DNA from: Pararhodobacter sp.
Lineage (GTDB): Bacteria > Pseudomonadota > Alphaproteobacteria > Rhodobacterales > Rhodobacteraceae
NCBI GenBank assembly: GCA_020832545.1
Contig: JAFIEK010000013.1
Location: 10,973 to 74,972 of the forward strand
Reading direction: 5' to 3'
DNA: 64,000 nucleotides
Shown here: piece after piece, positions 47,633 through 57,165 of the stretch
How positions within the stretch are numbered: the stretch's first letter is position 1
Layout: every line of letters begins with the position of its first letter
Position numbers and translations under genes: made by a program
The notes under the pieces: model-generated
What the model saw: only the letters and a program-made list of their open reading frames with translations
Told to the model about the DNA's origin: nothing
Database searches by the model: none

Positions 47633-48628
47633 ATGATGAAGAAAATGTTGTTCAGCGCCGTCGCCGTCATTGGCTTTACCAGCGTCGCTTCGGCCCAGGA
47701 TCAGGTGCGCCTGGGCACCAACTGGCTTGCCCAGGGCGGCCATGCGGGGTTCTATCAGGCCGTCGCCGATGGCACCTATGCCGAATACGGCCTTGATGTC
47801 GAAATCGTCATGGGGGGGCCGCAGGTCAACAACCGACCGATGCTTGCCGCCGGGCGGCTTGATTTTCTGATGGCGGGCAACCTGCTGTTGTCGTTCGATA
47901 ATGTGCGAAATGATATCCCCACCACTGTCGTTGCCGCATTCTTTCAGCGTGATCCGCAAGCGCTGATGGCCCATGCCGGATCTTACGAGGATTTCGCGGA
48001 TCTGGCCAATGCGCCGACAATCCTGATCAGCCGCGACGGCCAGTTCAGCTTCTGGCAGTGGCTGGTTGACGAACACGGCTTCCGCGATGAAAGCCTTCGC
48101 CCCTATGGGTTCAACATTGCGCAGTTCCTTGGTGACAGCGCCATCGTCCAGCAGGCCTATGCCACGGCCGAGCCGCTTTATGCCGCCGACGAGGGGGCGA
48201 CAGTCGATACCTATGTGCTGGCCGACCATGGATGGAGCACCTATTCCAGCACCATCGAGACGCGCCGCGATCTGGTCGAGAACAACCCCGATCTGGTTCA
48301 GCGTTTCATCGATGCTTCCATCATCGGCTGGTACAACTTCCTCTATGGCGACCGGACGGCGGCCTATGAGATGATCATGCGCGACAATCCTGACCAGAGC
48401 ATCGAAAAGCTGGATCGTGAGATCGAGCAACTGATGGCGCTTGATATCATCGACAGCGGTAATGCGCTGGAACACGGGATCGGCGCGATGAGCCTTGAGC
48501 GCGTGGCCGCGTTTCACGAGCTTGCGGTGAATGCTGGCATCATCGATGAAGGCGCGGTCGATCTTGATCTGGTTGCCACGGATGCGTTTGTAAACAACGG
48601 GGTCGGCATGGACCTTTACCAGCGCTGA
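47633..48628 (+). CDS. ABC transporter substrate-binding protein, NMT1/THI5/SsuA-like
   Basis: ORF 47579..48628 trimmed to ATG 47633 after GGAGAGGAAGG. Signal peptide MMKKMLFSAVAVIGFTSVASA, then VRLGTNWLAQGGHAGFYQAVADGTY. Confidence 0.8.
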   Translation: MMKKMLFSAVAVIGFTSVASAQDQVRLGTNWLAQGGHAGFYQAVADGTYAEYGLDVEIVMGGPQVNNRPMLAAGRLDFLMAGNLLLSFDNVRNDIPTTVVAAFFQRDPQALMAHAGSYEDFADLANAPTILISRDGQFSFWQWLVDEHGFRDESLRPYGFNIAQFLGDSAIVQQAYATAEPLYAADEGATVDTYVLADHGWSTYSSTIETRRDLVENNPDLVQRFIDASIIGWYNFLYGDRTAAYEMIMRDNPDQSIEKLDREIEQLMALDIIDSGNALEHGIGAMSLERVAAFHELAVNAGIIDEGAVDLDLVATDAFVNNGVGMDLYQR

Positions 48629-48647
48629 ACAACCGGGGGCCAATGCC

Positions 48648-49241
48648 ATGCGATTGCTGATCGTCTTTTGCCATCCCAGCCTCGACAGCTATGGCGCGGC
48701 CCTGTTTGAACGCGTGAAGCAGACACTTGAGGTCGCGGGGCACGAACTGCGCATCCGCGACCTCTATCGTGAAGGGTTCGATCCGGTCCTCTCATTGGAG
48801 GAATGGCAGGATTATCTGGCGCAACCTGACGCGAACTATGGCCGCCAGCGCGATCACATTGCCGATCTGCAATGGGCCGAAGGCTTGGTGGTGATCTATC
48901 CCACATGGTATTACGGCCCGCCCGCGATGCTGAAAGGCTGGCTGGAAAAGGTCTGGCTGCCCGGCATTTCCTTTGAAATTCCCCGCTTCAAGGGCGACAG
49001 GCCGCGCCCCAAGCTGCGCCATATCCGGGTGTTCGTGGGCATCACCACCTCGGGCTCACCCTGGTGGTGGCTGCGGCTGATCCGCGATCCGGGGCGCAGT
49101 CTGTGGCTACGCGGTTTGCGCCCGCTTTTTGCACGCAACTGCCGGGTGATCTGGCGGCAGTTGCACAGTATGAACAATTCTTCCGACCACGCGCGCGCCC
49201 GCTTTCTTGATCGGGTGGAAGCGAGCCTGAAAAAGATCTGA
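48648..49241 (+). CDS. flavodoxin-like-fold NAD(P)H oxidoreductase (NQO/KefF/MdaB-like)
   Basis: 197 aa. MRLLIVFCHPSLDSYGAAL...LVVIYPTWYYGPPAMLKGWLEKVW. Confidence 0.75.
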   Translation: MRLLIVFCHPSLDSYGAALFERVKQTLEVAGHELRIRDLYREGFDPVLSLEEWQDYLAQPDANYGRQRDHIADLQWAEGLVVIYPTWYYGPPAMLKGWLEKVWLPGISFEIPRFKGDRPRPKLRHIRVFVGITTSGSPWWWLRLIRDPGRSLWLRGLRPLFARNCRVIWRQLHSMNNSSDHARARFLDRVEASLKKI

Positions 49242-49249
49242 GGTATAGA

Positions 49250-49705
49250 ATGACAGCAGACATAGCCCGGCCCCTGGCCCGATACTCGGCCTTTCAGCGC
49301 CGCGGAGATTTCATCTTCCTCTCGGGGGTGATCGCGGTCGAACCGGCGGCGGGGTTGATTATACGTAGCTTCGACGACCTGCCCGAAGGCGTCGGGCCAA
49401 CCATCGGACAGACCGGCGAGTTTTCGGTCGACATGAAGGACGGGCCGATCCTGGCGCAAAGCTGGTTCGTTCTGGACCGTATCCGAGCCACAATGGAGGA
49501 AGCCGGGGGCTGCATGGCCGATGTCTTCAAGCTGGTGCAATACTTTCGCGATCTCAGTCAGTTCCCGCGCTACAACACGGTGCGACGCCAGTTCTTTCCT
49601 GATACGCCGCCGGTTTCGACGGTGGTCGAGGTGTCGGCAATGATGCCTTCGCCCGATATCCTGATCGAAGTGGAAGCGACCGCCTGGTTGCCGGTGCGGA
49701 CATGA
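49250..49705 (+). CDS. RidA/YjgF-family protein
   Basis: 151 aa. GDFIFLSGVIAV...MADVFKLVQYF...PPVSTVVEVSAM...ILIEVEATA. Confidence 0.8.
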   Translation: MTADIARPLARYSAFQRRGDFIFLSGVIAVEPAAGLIIRSFDDLPEGVGPTIGQTGEFSVDMKDGPILAQSWFVLDRIRATMEEAGGCMADVFKLVQYFRDLSQFPRYNTVRRQFFPDTPPVSTVVEVSAMMPSPDILIEVEATAWLPVRT

Positions 49706-50319
49706 GCACGCGCCCCGATCTGGCCCTGCGCCGCGAAGAGTTGATGGAAAAGATCCGTCAGGCGGCGATTGAGGAATTTGCCGAGAACGGTTTGCGCGGT
49801 GCCTCCACGCAAGCCATCGCCCGCCGTGCGGGCATCAGCAAGACCAAGCTGCATTATTACATCGCCAGCAAGGAAGAGCTGTATCAGGAGGCACTGACAC
49901 ATATCATCGGCATCTGGGCCGAGCTGTTCAACGATGACCTCGATGACGAAGACCCTCAGAGCTTTCTGCGCCGCTATATTGCCCGCAAGATCCGGCACTC
50001 TCTGGACCATCCCGAGGTGGCACGCATGTTCACCAACGAGGTGATGCGCGGAGCCCCGATGATGCGGCAGTATTGGGACACCTCGCGGCATTCCACGCAA
50101 AAGGCGTCAGAGCGCATTCGCAAATGGGTGGCGGCCGGCCTCATCCGCCCGGTTGACCCGTTCCTGCTTCAGTTCAACATCTGGGCGCTGACGCAGCACT
50201 ACGCGCTTCATCTGCCCGAAGTGCGCTTCATGCTCGGCGTTGAAGAGGGCCAGCCGCTCGATGCTGAACATATCATCGACGAGGTAACGACGCTTGTTCT
50301 GCACGGGCTTCGGCCCTGA
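49702..50319 (+). CDS. TetR-family transcriptional regulator, RutR (YcdC)-like
   Basis: 205 aa. IRQAAIEEFAENGLRGASTQAIARRAGISKTKLHYYIASKEELY (HTH), plus MFTNEVMRGAP...IRKWVAAGLIRPVDPFLLQFNIWALTQHYA. This parallels E. coli RutR (LFCMEIMQGAP...IRSWIAEGKLAPIDPHHLIFMIWASTQHYA, from memory). ATGA overlap with ridA. Confidence 0.8.
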   Translation: MSTRPDLALRREELMEKIRQAAIEEFAENGLRGASTQAIARRAGISKTKLHYYIASKEELYQEALTHIIGIWAELFNDDLDDEDPQSFLRRYIARKIRHSLDHPEVARMFTNEVMRGAPMMRQYWDTSRHSTQKASERIRKWVAAGLIRPVDPFLLQFNIWALTQHYALHLPEVRFMLGVEEGQPLDAEHIIDEVTTLVLHGLRP

Positions 50320-51570
50320 GTGGCGGCAGAGGAACGAAGGGAGAGGGAATTGTCTGGAATAGTGATCATCGGCGCTGGACAGGCCGGCGCGTCGCTTGTC
50401 GCCAAGCTGCGCACATCGGGCTACGACGGGGTAATCACCCTTGTCGGTGACGAGCCCGTGCCACCCTACCAGCGCCCGCCGCTGTCAAAAAAGTATCTGC
50501 TCGGCCAGATGCCACAAGAGCGGTTATTCCTGCGTCCCGCCGCCTATTATGACGATCAGGCGATTACGTTGAAGCTTGGCATCCCTGTCAGAGAAATCGA
50601 CCCTGTATCGCGCCAGGTCCGCCTGGGCGACGAGGTGCTTGCCTATGACCAGCTTGCGCTGACCACCGGCTCTGTCGCGCGACGGTTGCCCGCGCAGATC
50701 GGCGGTGAGCTGCGTGGTGTCCATTGCGTGCGCAGTATCCGAGACATTGATGCCATGGTGCCCGAATTCGACCATTCGCGCCGCGTTCTGATCGTCGGTG
50801 GTGGCTACATCGGGCTTGAAGCGGCAGCGGTGGCAGCAGAGCGTGGCCTTGCGGTTACGCTGGTGGAAATGGCGCCCCGCATTCTGCAACGCGTCGCCTG
50901 TGCCGAAACCTCGAATTACTTCCGCGCGCTGCATGCTGCCCATGGGGTCGACATCCGCGAGGGGGTGGGGCTTGTACGGCTGCACGGCGATGATCGCGTG
51001 ACAGGCGCCGAACTGACGGACGGCACCCGGCTGGACACCGATTTCGTGATCATCGGTGTCGGTATCGACCCGAACACCCGCCTTGCACAAGCTGCCGGTA
51101 TCGCCCTTGATAACGGCATCGCAACCGATGCCTTCGGCGCCACCAGCATCGCCGGGATCTGGGCAGCAGGCGATTGCGCGTCATTCCCATATCGGGGCGA
51201 CCGGTTGCGGCTGGAAAGCGTTCAGAACGCGATCGATCAGGCCGAGTGCGTGGCGGAAAACATGCTTGGTGCGGGAAAACCCTATCTGCCGCAGCCCTGG
51301 TTCTGGTCTGACCAATACGACGTGAAGCTTCAGATCGCGGGGCTCAGCACGGGGTATCGCGAGGTCGTCGTGCGGGGGGCGGATCAAGGGCCGCGCTCGA
51401 ACTGGTATTTTGGTGAGGAAGGGTTGCTGGCCGTCGACGCCATCAACGACCCACGCAGCTTCATGATTGCCAAACGCGCTCTCCAAGAAGGCACCCCGGT
51501 CAGCCCAGCCGTGGTCGCAGATCACACTGCAGACCTTAAATCGGCACTTTTTAGCAAGGAGCAAACTTGA
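50320..51570 (+). CDS. NAD(P)/FAD-dependent oxidoreductase, ferredoxin/rubredoxin-reductase-like
   Basis: 416 aa. IVIIGAGQAGASL, YQRPPLSK, LIVGGGYIGLEAAA, WAAGDCA. The start is either GTG 50320 or TTG 50350, the latter preceded by GGGAGAGGG. Confidence 0.8.
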   Translation: MAAEERRERELSGIVIIGAGQAGASLVAKLRTSGYDGVITLVGDEPVPPYQRPPLSKKYLLGQMPQERLFLRPAAYYDDQAITLKLGIPVREIDPVSRQVRLGDEVLAYDQLALTTGSVARRLPAQIGGELRGVHCVRSIRDIDAMVPEFDHSRRVLIVGGGYIGLEAAAVAAERGLAVTLVEMAPRILQRVACAETSNYFRALHAAHGVDIREGVGLVRLHGDDRVTGAELTDGTRLDTDFVIIGVGIDPNTRLAQAAGIALDNGIATDAFGATSIAGIWAAGDCASFPYRGDRLRLESVQNAIDQAECVAENMLGAGKPYLPQPWFWSDQYDVKLQIAGLSTGYREVVVRGADQGPRSNWYFGEEGLLAVDAINDPRSFMIAKRALQEGTPVSPAVVADHTADLKSALFSKEQT

Positions 51571-52192
51571 CAGACGGGCTACCTCCCTCCGATGGCGGAG
51601 CCAAGACTTGCATGGTCTTGACGGCCGTTTGCGTCCCTGGTGTCTGAGCCTGCTTCCCGGCCATCGGGCGGTCTTTGCGATCATTCTCACGCTCCGGATG
51701 GCGACCTCGCTGATCATGCGCTGATGGGAATCCCGACTGATGGGTGCCACAGCCGAAGGTCTGATCCGAGCGTTCCGAGTGATCCGAGTCCTTCGAGGGA
51801 GACGAGCGCAGGATCATCGTCTCGTCTGCCGGTGGTGTCATCACCGATCCGCACTGGCTTGCGCTTTGGAGCAACGCGGTTTTCTGATCTCGAACACGAC
51901 CAACCGTTTCGATGCGATGCTCGGATTGCCGCCATGCTCGCTCTGGCGTGCGCTGGCGGCGACCGTCATCTGGCCGCCGTAATTGGTCATGAAGCCGCTA
52001 GGAGTCAGCCAGCGCGCAAACCTGCGAGTCTGGCGCTGTGCTGGAGCGCGGGCGGACCTTCGCAGCCACGCCAGGCACCATCGTCGTCGGTTTGTTCACC
52101 CGATCGGCCACCAGAGGTCATTCACTCAAAATCGCCGGTTTTGACAGCGTGATTGTCTGAATCCTTGGAGGGATCGCGCACCTGGATGCGGA

Positions 52193-53914
52193 TCAGGACC
52201 GCCCCGGTTTCAGCGCATGATAGTGCGTGGCGTTCAGCATCAGGGCCTCGCCGGTTCCGGCGTCCAGGATGGCGTTGCGCACTTCCGGTTTGAGCAGCTC
52301 CTGGTCGCTGTCGATGTTGTTGCCCTTCTTTCGGGGAAACAGAAATCGAGGAGCACCTCTTCTTGCAGTGTCATCCGCATAAACCTGCCGGGCATCGCGG
52401 TTGCGTGGCACGTCGTTGCTGTCACTCAAAAGCACATCCGGTTCGCACCAGTGATGGCGTTGCAGCGCGGCGACCATCTGCTCGCGAAGGATCAGGCGCT
52501 CATCCGGTGATGTGCTTGCATCCTTGTCGGGATAGAAATCCACCGCCATTTCGATCAGGAATGGCACAACGGGACCCACAATCTCCCACTCCCCGTTCAT
52601 GGCCTGCAGCGCGGCACGCAGCGATGTCGCGGTCGGCTCCTGGATCATGATCGCGAAATGATGGCCCGTGGGCAGTGACTGGTCTAGCGGCGGCAGCTTC
52701 GCGCGCCAGTCTTTCGCTTTTCGATCAGGAATCGTCCGGTCTTCAGCGAAAGCGATGATGCCGCAGTCCCGCTTCAGCAATTCGCTGATTGCTCTCCCGG
52801 TCGCGGGCTTGATTGTGCTGATCAGGAGCGCCATCCGGTCAATCAGCGCGGTCATGCGGAAATGCTTCGCGATGTCGAGATCTGGCGTGAGAACCAGATG
52901 GTTATGACGATTGGCCGGTGGCGATATTCCGGATGTGCGCGGCTGGTAGGGTTCCGGTGTATAATTCAACTCCGGCAACGGCAGCGCGCCAGCGAGCCGC
53001 TGACGATATTCACTTTCCCTCCCCGATGCGGCATAGCGCAGGTTGATGGCGAAACGCTTGAAATCAGCACTTTCCAGCGGGGTTCTCGCGGGTGCCGCCG
53101 GTGCTTTTATCGGTGCCGCGCTGGCTGCGGATGGGGCGGCTTTCGATGACGCTGACGCTTTCAGGGCAGATTTCGCGCCGAGCAGGCCGTGAACCTTTCG
53201 GATCATCGGTGATTTCCTGGCCGTCTTTCCTTCGATCGCGAATTGCCCGGTTCGGAGATGATCAAGATAGGCTGGCAGCAGACGATTCAGCGAAGCAATG
53301 CGACGATCGAAATCCGATGTCGGCACGGCCTCGTGAAAGATATCAGCCCAACGATCCGCCAGGATGGTCTTCGTCAGGTTCAGGTTTCGCGCAGGCCCGG
53401 TCCGGCCACCGGCCACCGGCGTTTCCGTCTGACGCTGATTCAGTTCGGCCAGCGCCGTCGCCAACGTCTTGAGCACATCACGCGGGTTAATCTGACGCCC
53501 GCCACGCTGCACCACACCCGGTGCGCCTTCCGTGATCAGCCACTGCCCGAAGGCGAGGAGTTCGGCATCTGGATGCAGCCGTCCATCCGTGTCGACAGCG
53601 TCCGTCAGTTTCTCGGGTGCGTATATGGGCTTGTAGGAGCCCTCACGCGGTTTGACGCTGGTGTTCAGACGCCGCAGAAACGCCACGTCGTCTGGTGCGC
53701 GACCAAGATCGCCCACTTCGAACAACGCCGACGCCCGGGCGAGTTGTGCGCCCCAATTGTGGTCGATAGCCTGTAAGCCCTTCCGGTGACCCTTTGGAGA
53801 TCGCACCAGGTGGTTTCTACCGGAATGGGCCCGCCCAGGTTCGGTTGTTGGCGCAGCCGATGCCGTAGTCATGTTTGTGTCGGATGCACCGCCATCTTCG
53901 GGTTGCTCGCTCAT
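52193..53914 (-). CDS. orphan hypothetical protein (573 aa), no family recognised
   Basis: ORF 52193..54427 trimmed to ATG 53914 (MSEQPEDGGASDTN...). Two globular-looking halves are joined by an Ala/Ser/Pro-rich linker (KSALKASASSKAAPSAASAAPIKAPAAPARTP). I recognise no catalytic or binding motif. Confidence 0.55.
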   Translation of the reverse strand: MSEQPEDGGASDTNMTTASAAPTTEPGRAHSGRNHLVRSPKGHRKGLQAIDHNWGAQLARASALFEVGDLGRAPDDVAFLRRLNTSVKPREGSYKPIYAPEKLTDAVDTDGRLHPDAELLAFGQWLITEGAPGVVQRGGRQINPRDVLKTLATALAELNQRQTETPVAGGRTGPARNLNLTKTILADRWADIFHEAVPTSDFDRRIASLNRLLPAYLDHLRTGQFAIEGKTARKSPMIRKVHGLLGAKSALKASASSKAAPSAASAAPIKAPAAPARTPLESADFKRFAINLRYAASGRESEYRQRLAGALPLPELNYTPEPYQPRTSGISPPANRHNHLVLTPDLDIAKHFRMTALIDRMALLISTIKPATGRAISELLKRDCGIIAFAEDRTIPDRKAKDWRAKLPPLDQSLPTGHHFAIMIQEPTATSLRAALQAMNGEWEIVGPVVPFLIEMAVDFYPDKDASTSPDERLILREQMVAALQRHHWCEPDVLLSDSNDVPRNRDARQVYADDTARRGAPRFLFPRKKGNNIDSDQELLKPEVRNAILDAGTGEALMLNATHYHALKPGRS

Positions 53915-54454
53915 CACCTGTTGCACCCTCTGGCGCGCTGACACGCCGGTGCAGCAGGTATCACGCCTGTCATGTGGTATGCGCCGCCGAGGGGAGGCGA
54001 TGCGCCTGAGCGCCCGCAGCACAACCGGGGGTGGGGCTGGTTGCCGTGGAGCGTGGTGAAGGTCATCGCGGTGCGGCTCCTGACTTTTCCCCTGCGTGAT
54101 GACGGCGAAAATCCGGAATGACAAGGGATCGCCCGCGTGCCGGTCCATGCTTGCATCATCGCCATGCACCAGCTTCCATCCCTGCAGACCGCGGAATAGG
54201 AATGGCTCGATGCAAATCGCCGGATCCCTTCGAAGTCCTAGCTTTTTCTGTGCTGCGCCATGGGGATCGATCGGGTGCCCGCGCTGGGTCGGGCGTCTAT
54301 CCTCCGGAACGGGCCAAGTGGAGGGTGAACTCGCCAGGAAACCGCGGGCACACGCAAGGGCATGGGAAAGGAAGCTCGTTGTGCTTGTACGGGCAAACGT
54401 GGCCCTTCTAGAGCCTCCTGCGGGCAACCGCGCACATTAAACTGGGTCTGATAC

Positions 54455-54964
54455 TCAGAGGTCCAGTTGGTCGTCGGACCGGGGCATGCGAATATCGTTG
54501 TTCGCCAGGTTTTGGTAGGCGCGGCGTAGGACGCGAAGACACACCTCACGCTCTGATTCTGAAATCCCGTTCATCGCGGCGAGATTCGCTTCAATCGCCG
54601 CATTCAGCGCTGGCTCTTCCAATGCCCTGCCCCTATCGGTGAGCGAGACGATGTATTTCCGTCGGTCCTCGGGATGAATCTTGCGCGACACCAAACCCAT
54701 GGCAATCAGCGAACGGATCGCGTTCACCATTGCAGGGCCGGCGATGCCTGAACGCTGCGCTACTTCTATCTGGGTTATGCCGTCCGCTACCCATAGGGTG
54801 CGCAAGGCATACCACTGACCGAGTGTCAGTCCGAGCGACGCAATCCTTTCGCCAAGATCGCGCTGAATCCGGCGATTGACATGGCGAACCACGTTACCGA
54901 AGCTGCTGCCCAGCGGCAGTATTTCGCTGTCGTTGCCTTTGGTTTCGTGAATATCAAAATCCAT
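54455..54964 (-). CDS. MarR-family transcriptional regulator
   Basis: 169 aa. LTLGQWYALRTLWVADGITQIEVAQRSGIAGPAMVNAIRSLIAMGLVSRKIHPEDRRKYIVSLTDRG. Confidence 0.88.
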   Translation of the reverse strand: MDFDIHETKGNDSEILPLGSSFGNVVRHVNRRIQRDLGERIASLGLTLGQWYALRTLWVADGITQIEVAQRSGIAGPAMVNAIRSLIAMGLVSRKIHPEDRRKYIVSLTDRGRALEEPALNAAIEANLAAMNGISESEREVCLRVLRRAYQNLANNDIRMPRSDDQLDL

Positions 54965-55127
54965 TGAACCTCATCAATCCTCAACGCGTTCCCGCCTTGG
55001 TTTTGTTCCATAGCTGCCCATCCTGATCGGCGCAACGTATGGCACATGGTCCAGGACAGTGTCGGTGGCATTCACGCTGCCTATACTAACAATCTTGCGA
55101 ATCTCTGGGGAAAACGATACGATAAAA

Positions 55128-55149
55128 TCGTTCGTGAATAAACGAACGA
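55128..55149. promoter_or_regulatory. candidate operator palindrome in the marR / ABC divergent region
   Basis: TCGTTCGT-gaataa-ACGAACGA has perfect 8-bp arms. It overlaps a second inverted repeat AACGAT...ATCGTT (55113-55132). It lies between the MarR start (54964) and the binding-protein start (55251). Confidence 0.5.
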
Positions 55150-55250
55150 GAATCGGAATGTTCGATCTTGCGCCAGTCCGGCGTGTTTGGATTTACTTCG
55201 GCAAGTGGGAAAATGCCCTGCGAACCGGACAGAACAGGGGGAACGACACC

Positions 55251-56420
55251 ATGCTCATAAGACATCTGTTCATCACCACCGCAGCGGCCGCGCTGGTGGC
55301 TGGCGGATCAGCTTTGGCGGAAGATACCGTCAAGGTCGGGTTCGTCATGTCCTACAGCGGCTGGTTTGAACCCATCGACGCCAGCACGATACGCGGCGCG
55401 ATGCTCGCGATCGACGACATCAATGACGCAGGCGGTGTTCTGGGACGGCAAATCGAAGTTGTGAGCTTCGACAACCGTTCCGAACCTGCTCTTGGTGCCG
55501 ATGGCGCAATCGACGTGATCGACCAGGGTGCAGTAGCAGTGCTGTTCCCGAGTGACTTCGATTTCGGTGCACCGGGCGCTTTCATCGCGCAGGAAGCCGG
55601 CGTGATTTCGCTTTCCGGCGCTTCGGATCCGAACTTCGGCGTGCAGGGCATCGGGCCTTTCGCCTACTCGATCTCGAATGCCGCACAATCGCAGGGCGCG
55701 ATCCTTGCGGAATGGGCTTACAACGAGATGGGCTGGCGCTCTGCCTATACGCTTCTCGACACCACGATCGCCTTCACCAACTCGCTTTGCGAAGCGTTCG
55801 ACAGGCGCTGGAGCGAACTGGCGGGCGACGATGCGCTGCTTGGATCCGACACGTTCCGCAATGACGATCCGACCATTGCCGCACAGGTCACCCGGATCAA
55901 CGGGCTTCCCGAAGCGCCTGACGCGATTATGCTCTGCTCCTACGCGCCGGGTGGTCCCAGTGCGATCCGCCAGTTGCGGGCTGCAGGGCTTGACCAGCCG
56001 GTCATGACTGGCGAGTCGCTGGATGGCGACTACTGGGTCGGCGCGGTGCCGGGGCTGAGCGACTTCTATGTGGTCAACTATGGCTCTTATGTCGGTGATG
56101 ACCCCAACCCGGACGTCAACGCCTTCTTTGCGCGTTATGCCGAAGTCTACGACCGTGAGCCCGACGTTTCCTATGGCATCCGCGGCTATTCGCTGTTCCA
56201 GGCATGGGCCCGGGCTGCGGAGCGTGCAGGTTCGTTCGACGGCGCGGCGGTTGCTGCGGAACTTGACAGGTTCGATAACGAGCCGCTCGCGATCGGGCCG
56301 ACCACCTTCACGCCCGACCTGCACATCGCGACAACGCGCCCGATGACCATCATGCAGGCGCAGGATGGGGAATTCAGCGCTCTCGGCACCTACGCGCCGG
56401 AAACCGTGCATCTGGACTGA
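55251..56420 (+). CDS. ABC transporter substrate-binding protein (LivK/Peripla_BP_6 type)
   Basis: ORF 55059..56420 trimmed to ATG 55251 after AGGGGGA. Signal peptide MLIRHLFITTAAAALVAGGSALA, then DTVKVGFVMSYSG...AIDDINDAGGVLGRQIEVV. Confidence 0.85.
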   Translation: MLIRHLFITTAAAALVAGGSALAEDTVKVGFVMSYSGWFEPIDASTIRGAMLAIDDINDAGGVLGRQIEVVSFDNRSEPALGADGAIDVIDQGAVAVLFPSDFDFGAPGAFIAQEAGVISLSGASDPNFGVQGIGPFAYSISNAAQSQGAILAEWAYNEMGWRSAYTLLDTTIAFTNSLCEAFDRRWSELAGDDALLGSDTFRNDDPTIAAQVTRINGLPEAPDAIMLCSYAPGGPSAIRQLRAAGLDQPVMTGESLDGDYWVGAVPGLSDFYVVNYGSYVGDDPNPDVNAFFARYAEVYDREPDVSYGIRGYSLFQAWARAAERAGSFDGAAVAAELDRFDNEPLAIGPTTFTPDLHIATTRPMTIMQAQDGEFSALGTYAPETVHLD

Positions 56421-56448
56421 TCTGGATCAAGAAAGGAGACGCAGCGGC

Positions 56449-57165
56449 ATGGAACTTGAAGCTTCAGGGGTTACGGTGCGCTTCGGCGGCATCCGCGCTG
56501 TTGAAGACGTGTCGCTGCGCCTTGCTGAAGGCGAGATAGTTGGGCTGATCGGACCGAATGGGGCCGGCAAAACGACGCTCGTCAACGTGCTGAGCGGCTT
56601 CCAGAGGCCGCGCACCGGGCAAATACGGGTCGGCGGCGAGAATGCGAGGGGATGGAGCGCGCATGCCTTCGCCCGTCGCGGCGTCGTTCGGACGTTTCAG
56701 GCGGTGCGTCTGTTCAGCGGCCTGACGGTTGCCGAGAATGTCGAGACAGCGCTTCTCTCCACGGGGGTCGGTCGGGCGGCGGCGCGGACCCGCGCGCGCG
56801 ACATTCTCGGATACCTTCACCTCGCAGAGCGCGCCGATATGGGTGCAAGTGCGCTGAGCTATGGCGATGAACGTCGCGTCGGCATCGCGCGGGCTCTGGC
56901 GATGGAGCCCAAATTCCTGCTGCTCGACGAACCTGCGGCGGGGCTGAATATCGGCGAGGCCGAGGAACTCGGCAAGACCATCGCGGGAATACGTGATGAT
57001 TTCGGCTGCGGTACGCTGGTGATCGAGCACAACATGGCCCTGGTCACGAACCTGTGCGAACGGCTCCATGTGCTCGCGACCGGGCGGACACTCGCCGAAG
57101 GCACACCCGCCGAGGTGATGTCCAATCCAGCCTTCAAGGATGCCTATCTCGGAGCCGCCGCATGA
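56449..57165 (+). CDS. branched-chain-type ABC transporter ATP-binding protein (LivG-like)
   Basis: Trimmed to ATG 56449 after AAAGGAGA. GPNGAGKTT, LSYGDERRVGIARAL, LLLDEPAAGL. Confidence 0.9.
   Translation: MELEASGVTVRFGGIRAVEDVSLRLAEGEIVGLIGPNGAGKTTLVNVLSGFQRPRTGQIRVGGENARGWSAHAFARRGVVRTFQAVRLFSGLTVAENVETALLSTGVGRAAARTRARDILGYLHLAERADMGASALSYGDERRVGIARALAMEPKFLLLDEPAAGLNIGEAEELGKTIAGIRDDFGCGTLVIEHNMALVTNLCERLHVLATGRTLAEGTPAEVMSNPAFKDAYLGAAA

Noticed and set aside
44975-48649. Long minus-strand ORFs 44975..46165 and 47459..48649 (and similarly 55308..56411, 59394..60296)
   Set aside because: All are antisense shadows of well-supported plus-strand genes. They have no recognisable domains and break operon continuity.
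51640-52152. 170-aa plus-strand ORF after the operon
   Set aside because: Its composition is Ser/Pro/Arg-rich, it has no ribosome-binding site, and there is no motif or codon bias.
53915-54427. 171-codon N-terminal extension of the orphan ORF
   Set aside because: It is Arg/Pro/His-rich and unlike the rest of the protein. The internal ATG at 53914 is preferred, but the true start is unverified.
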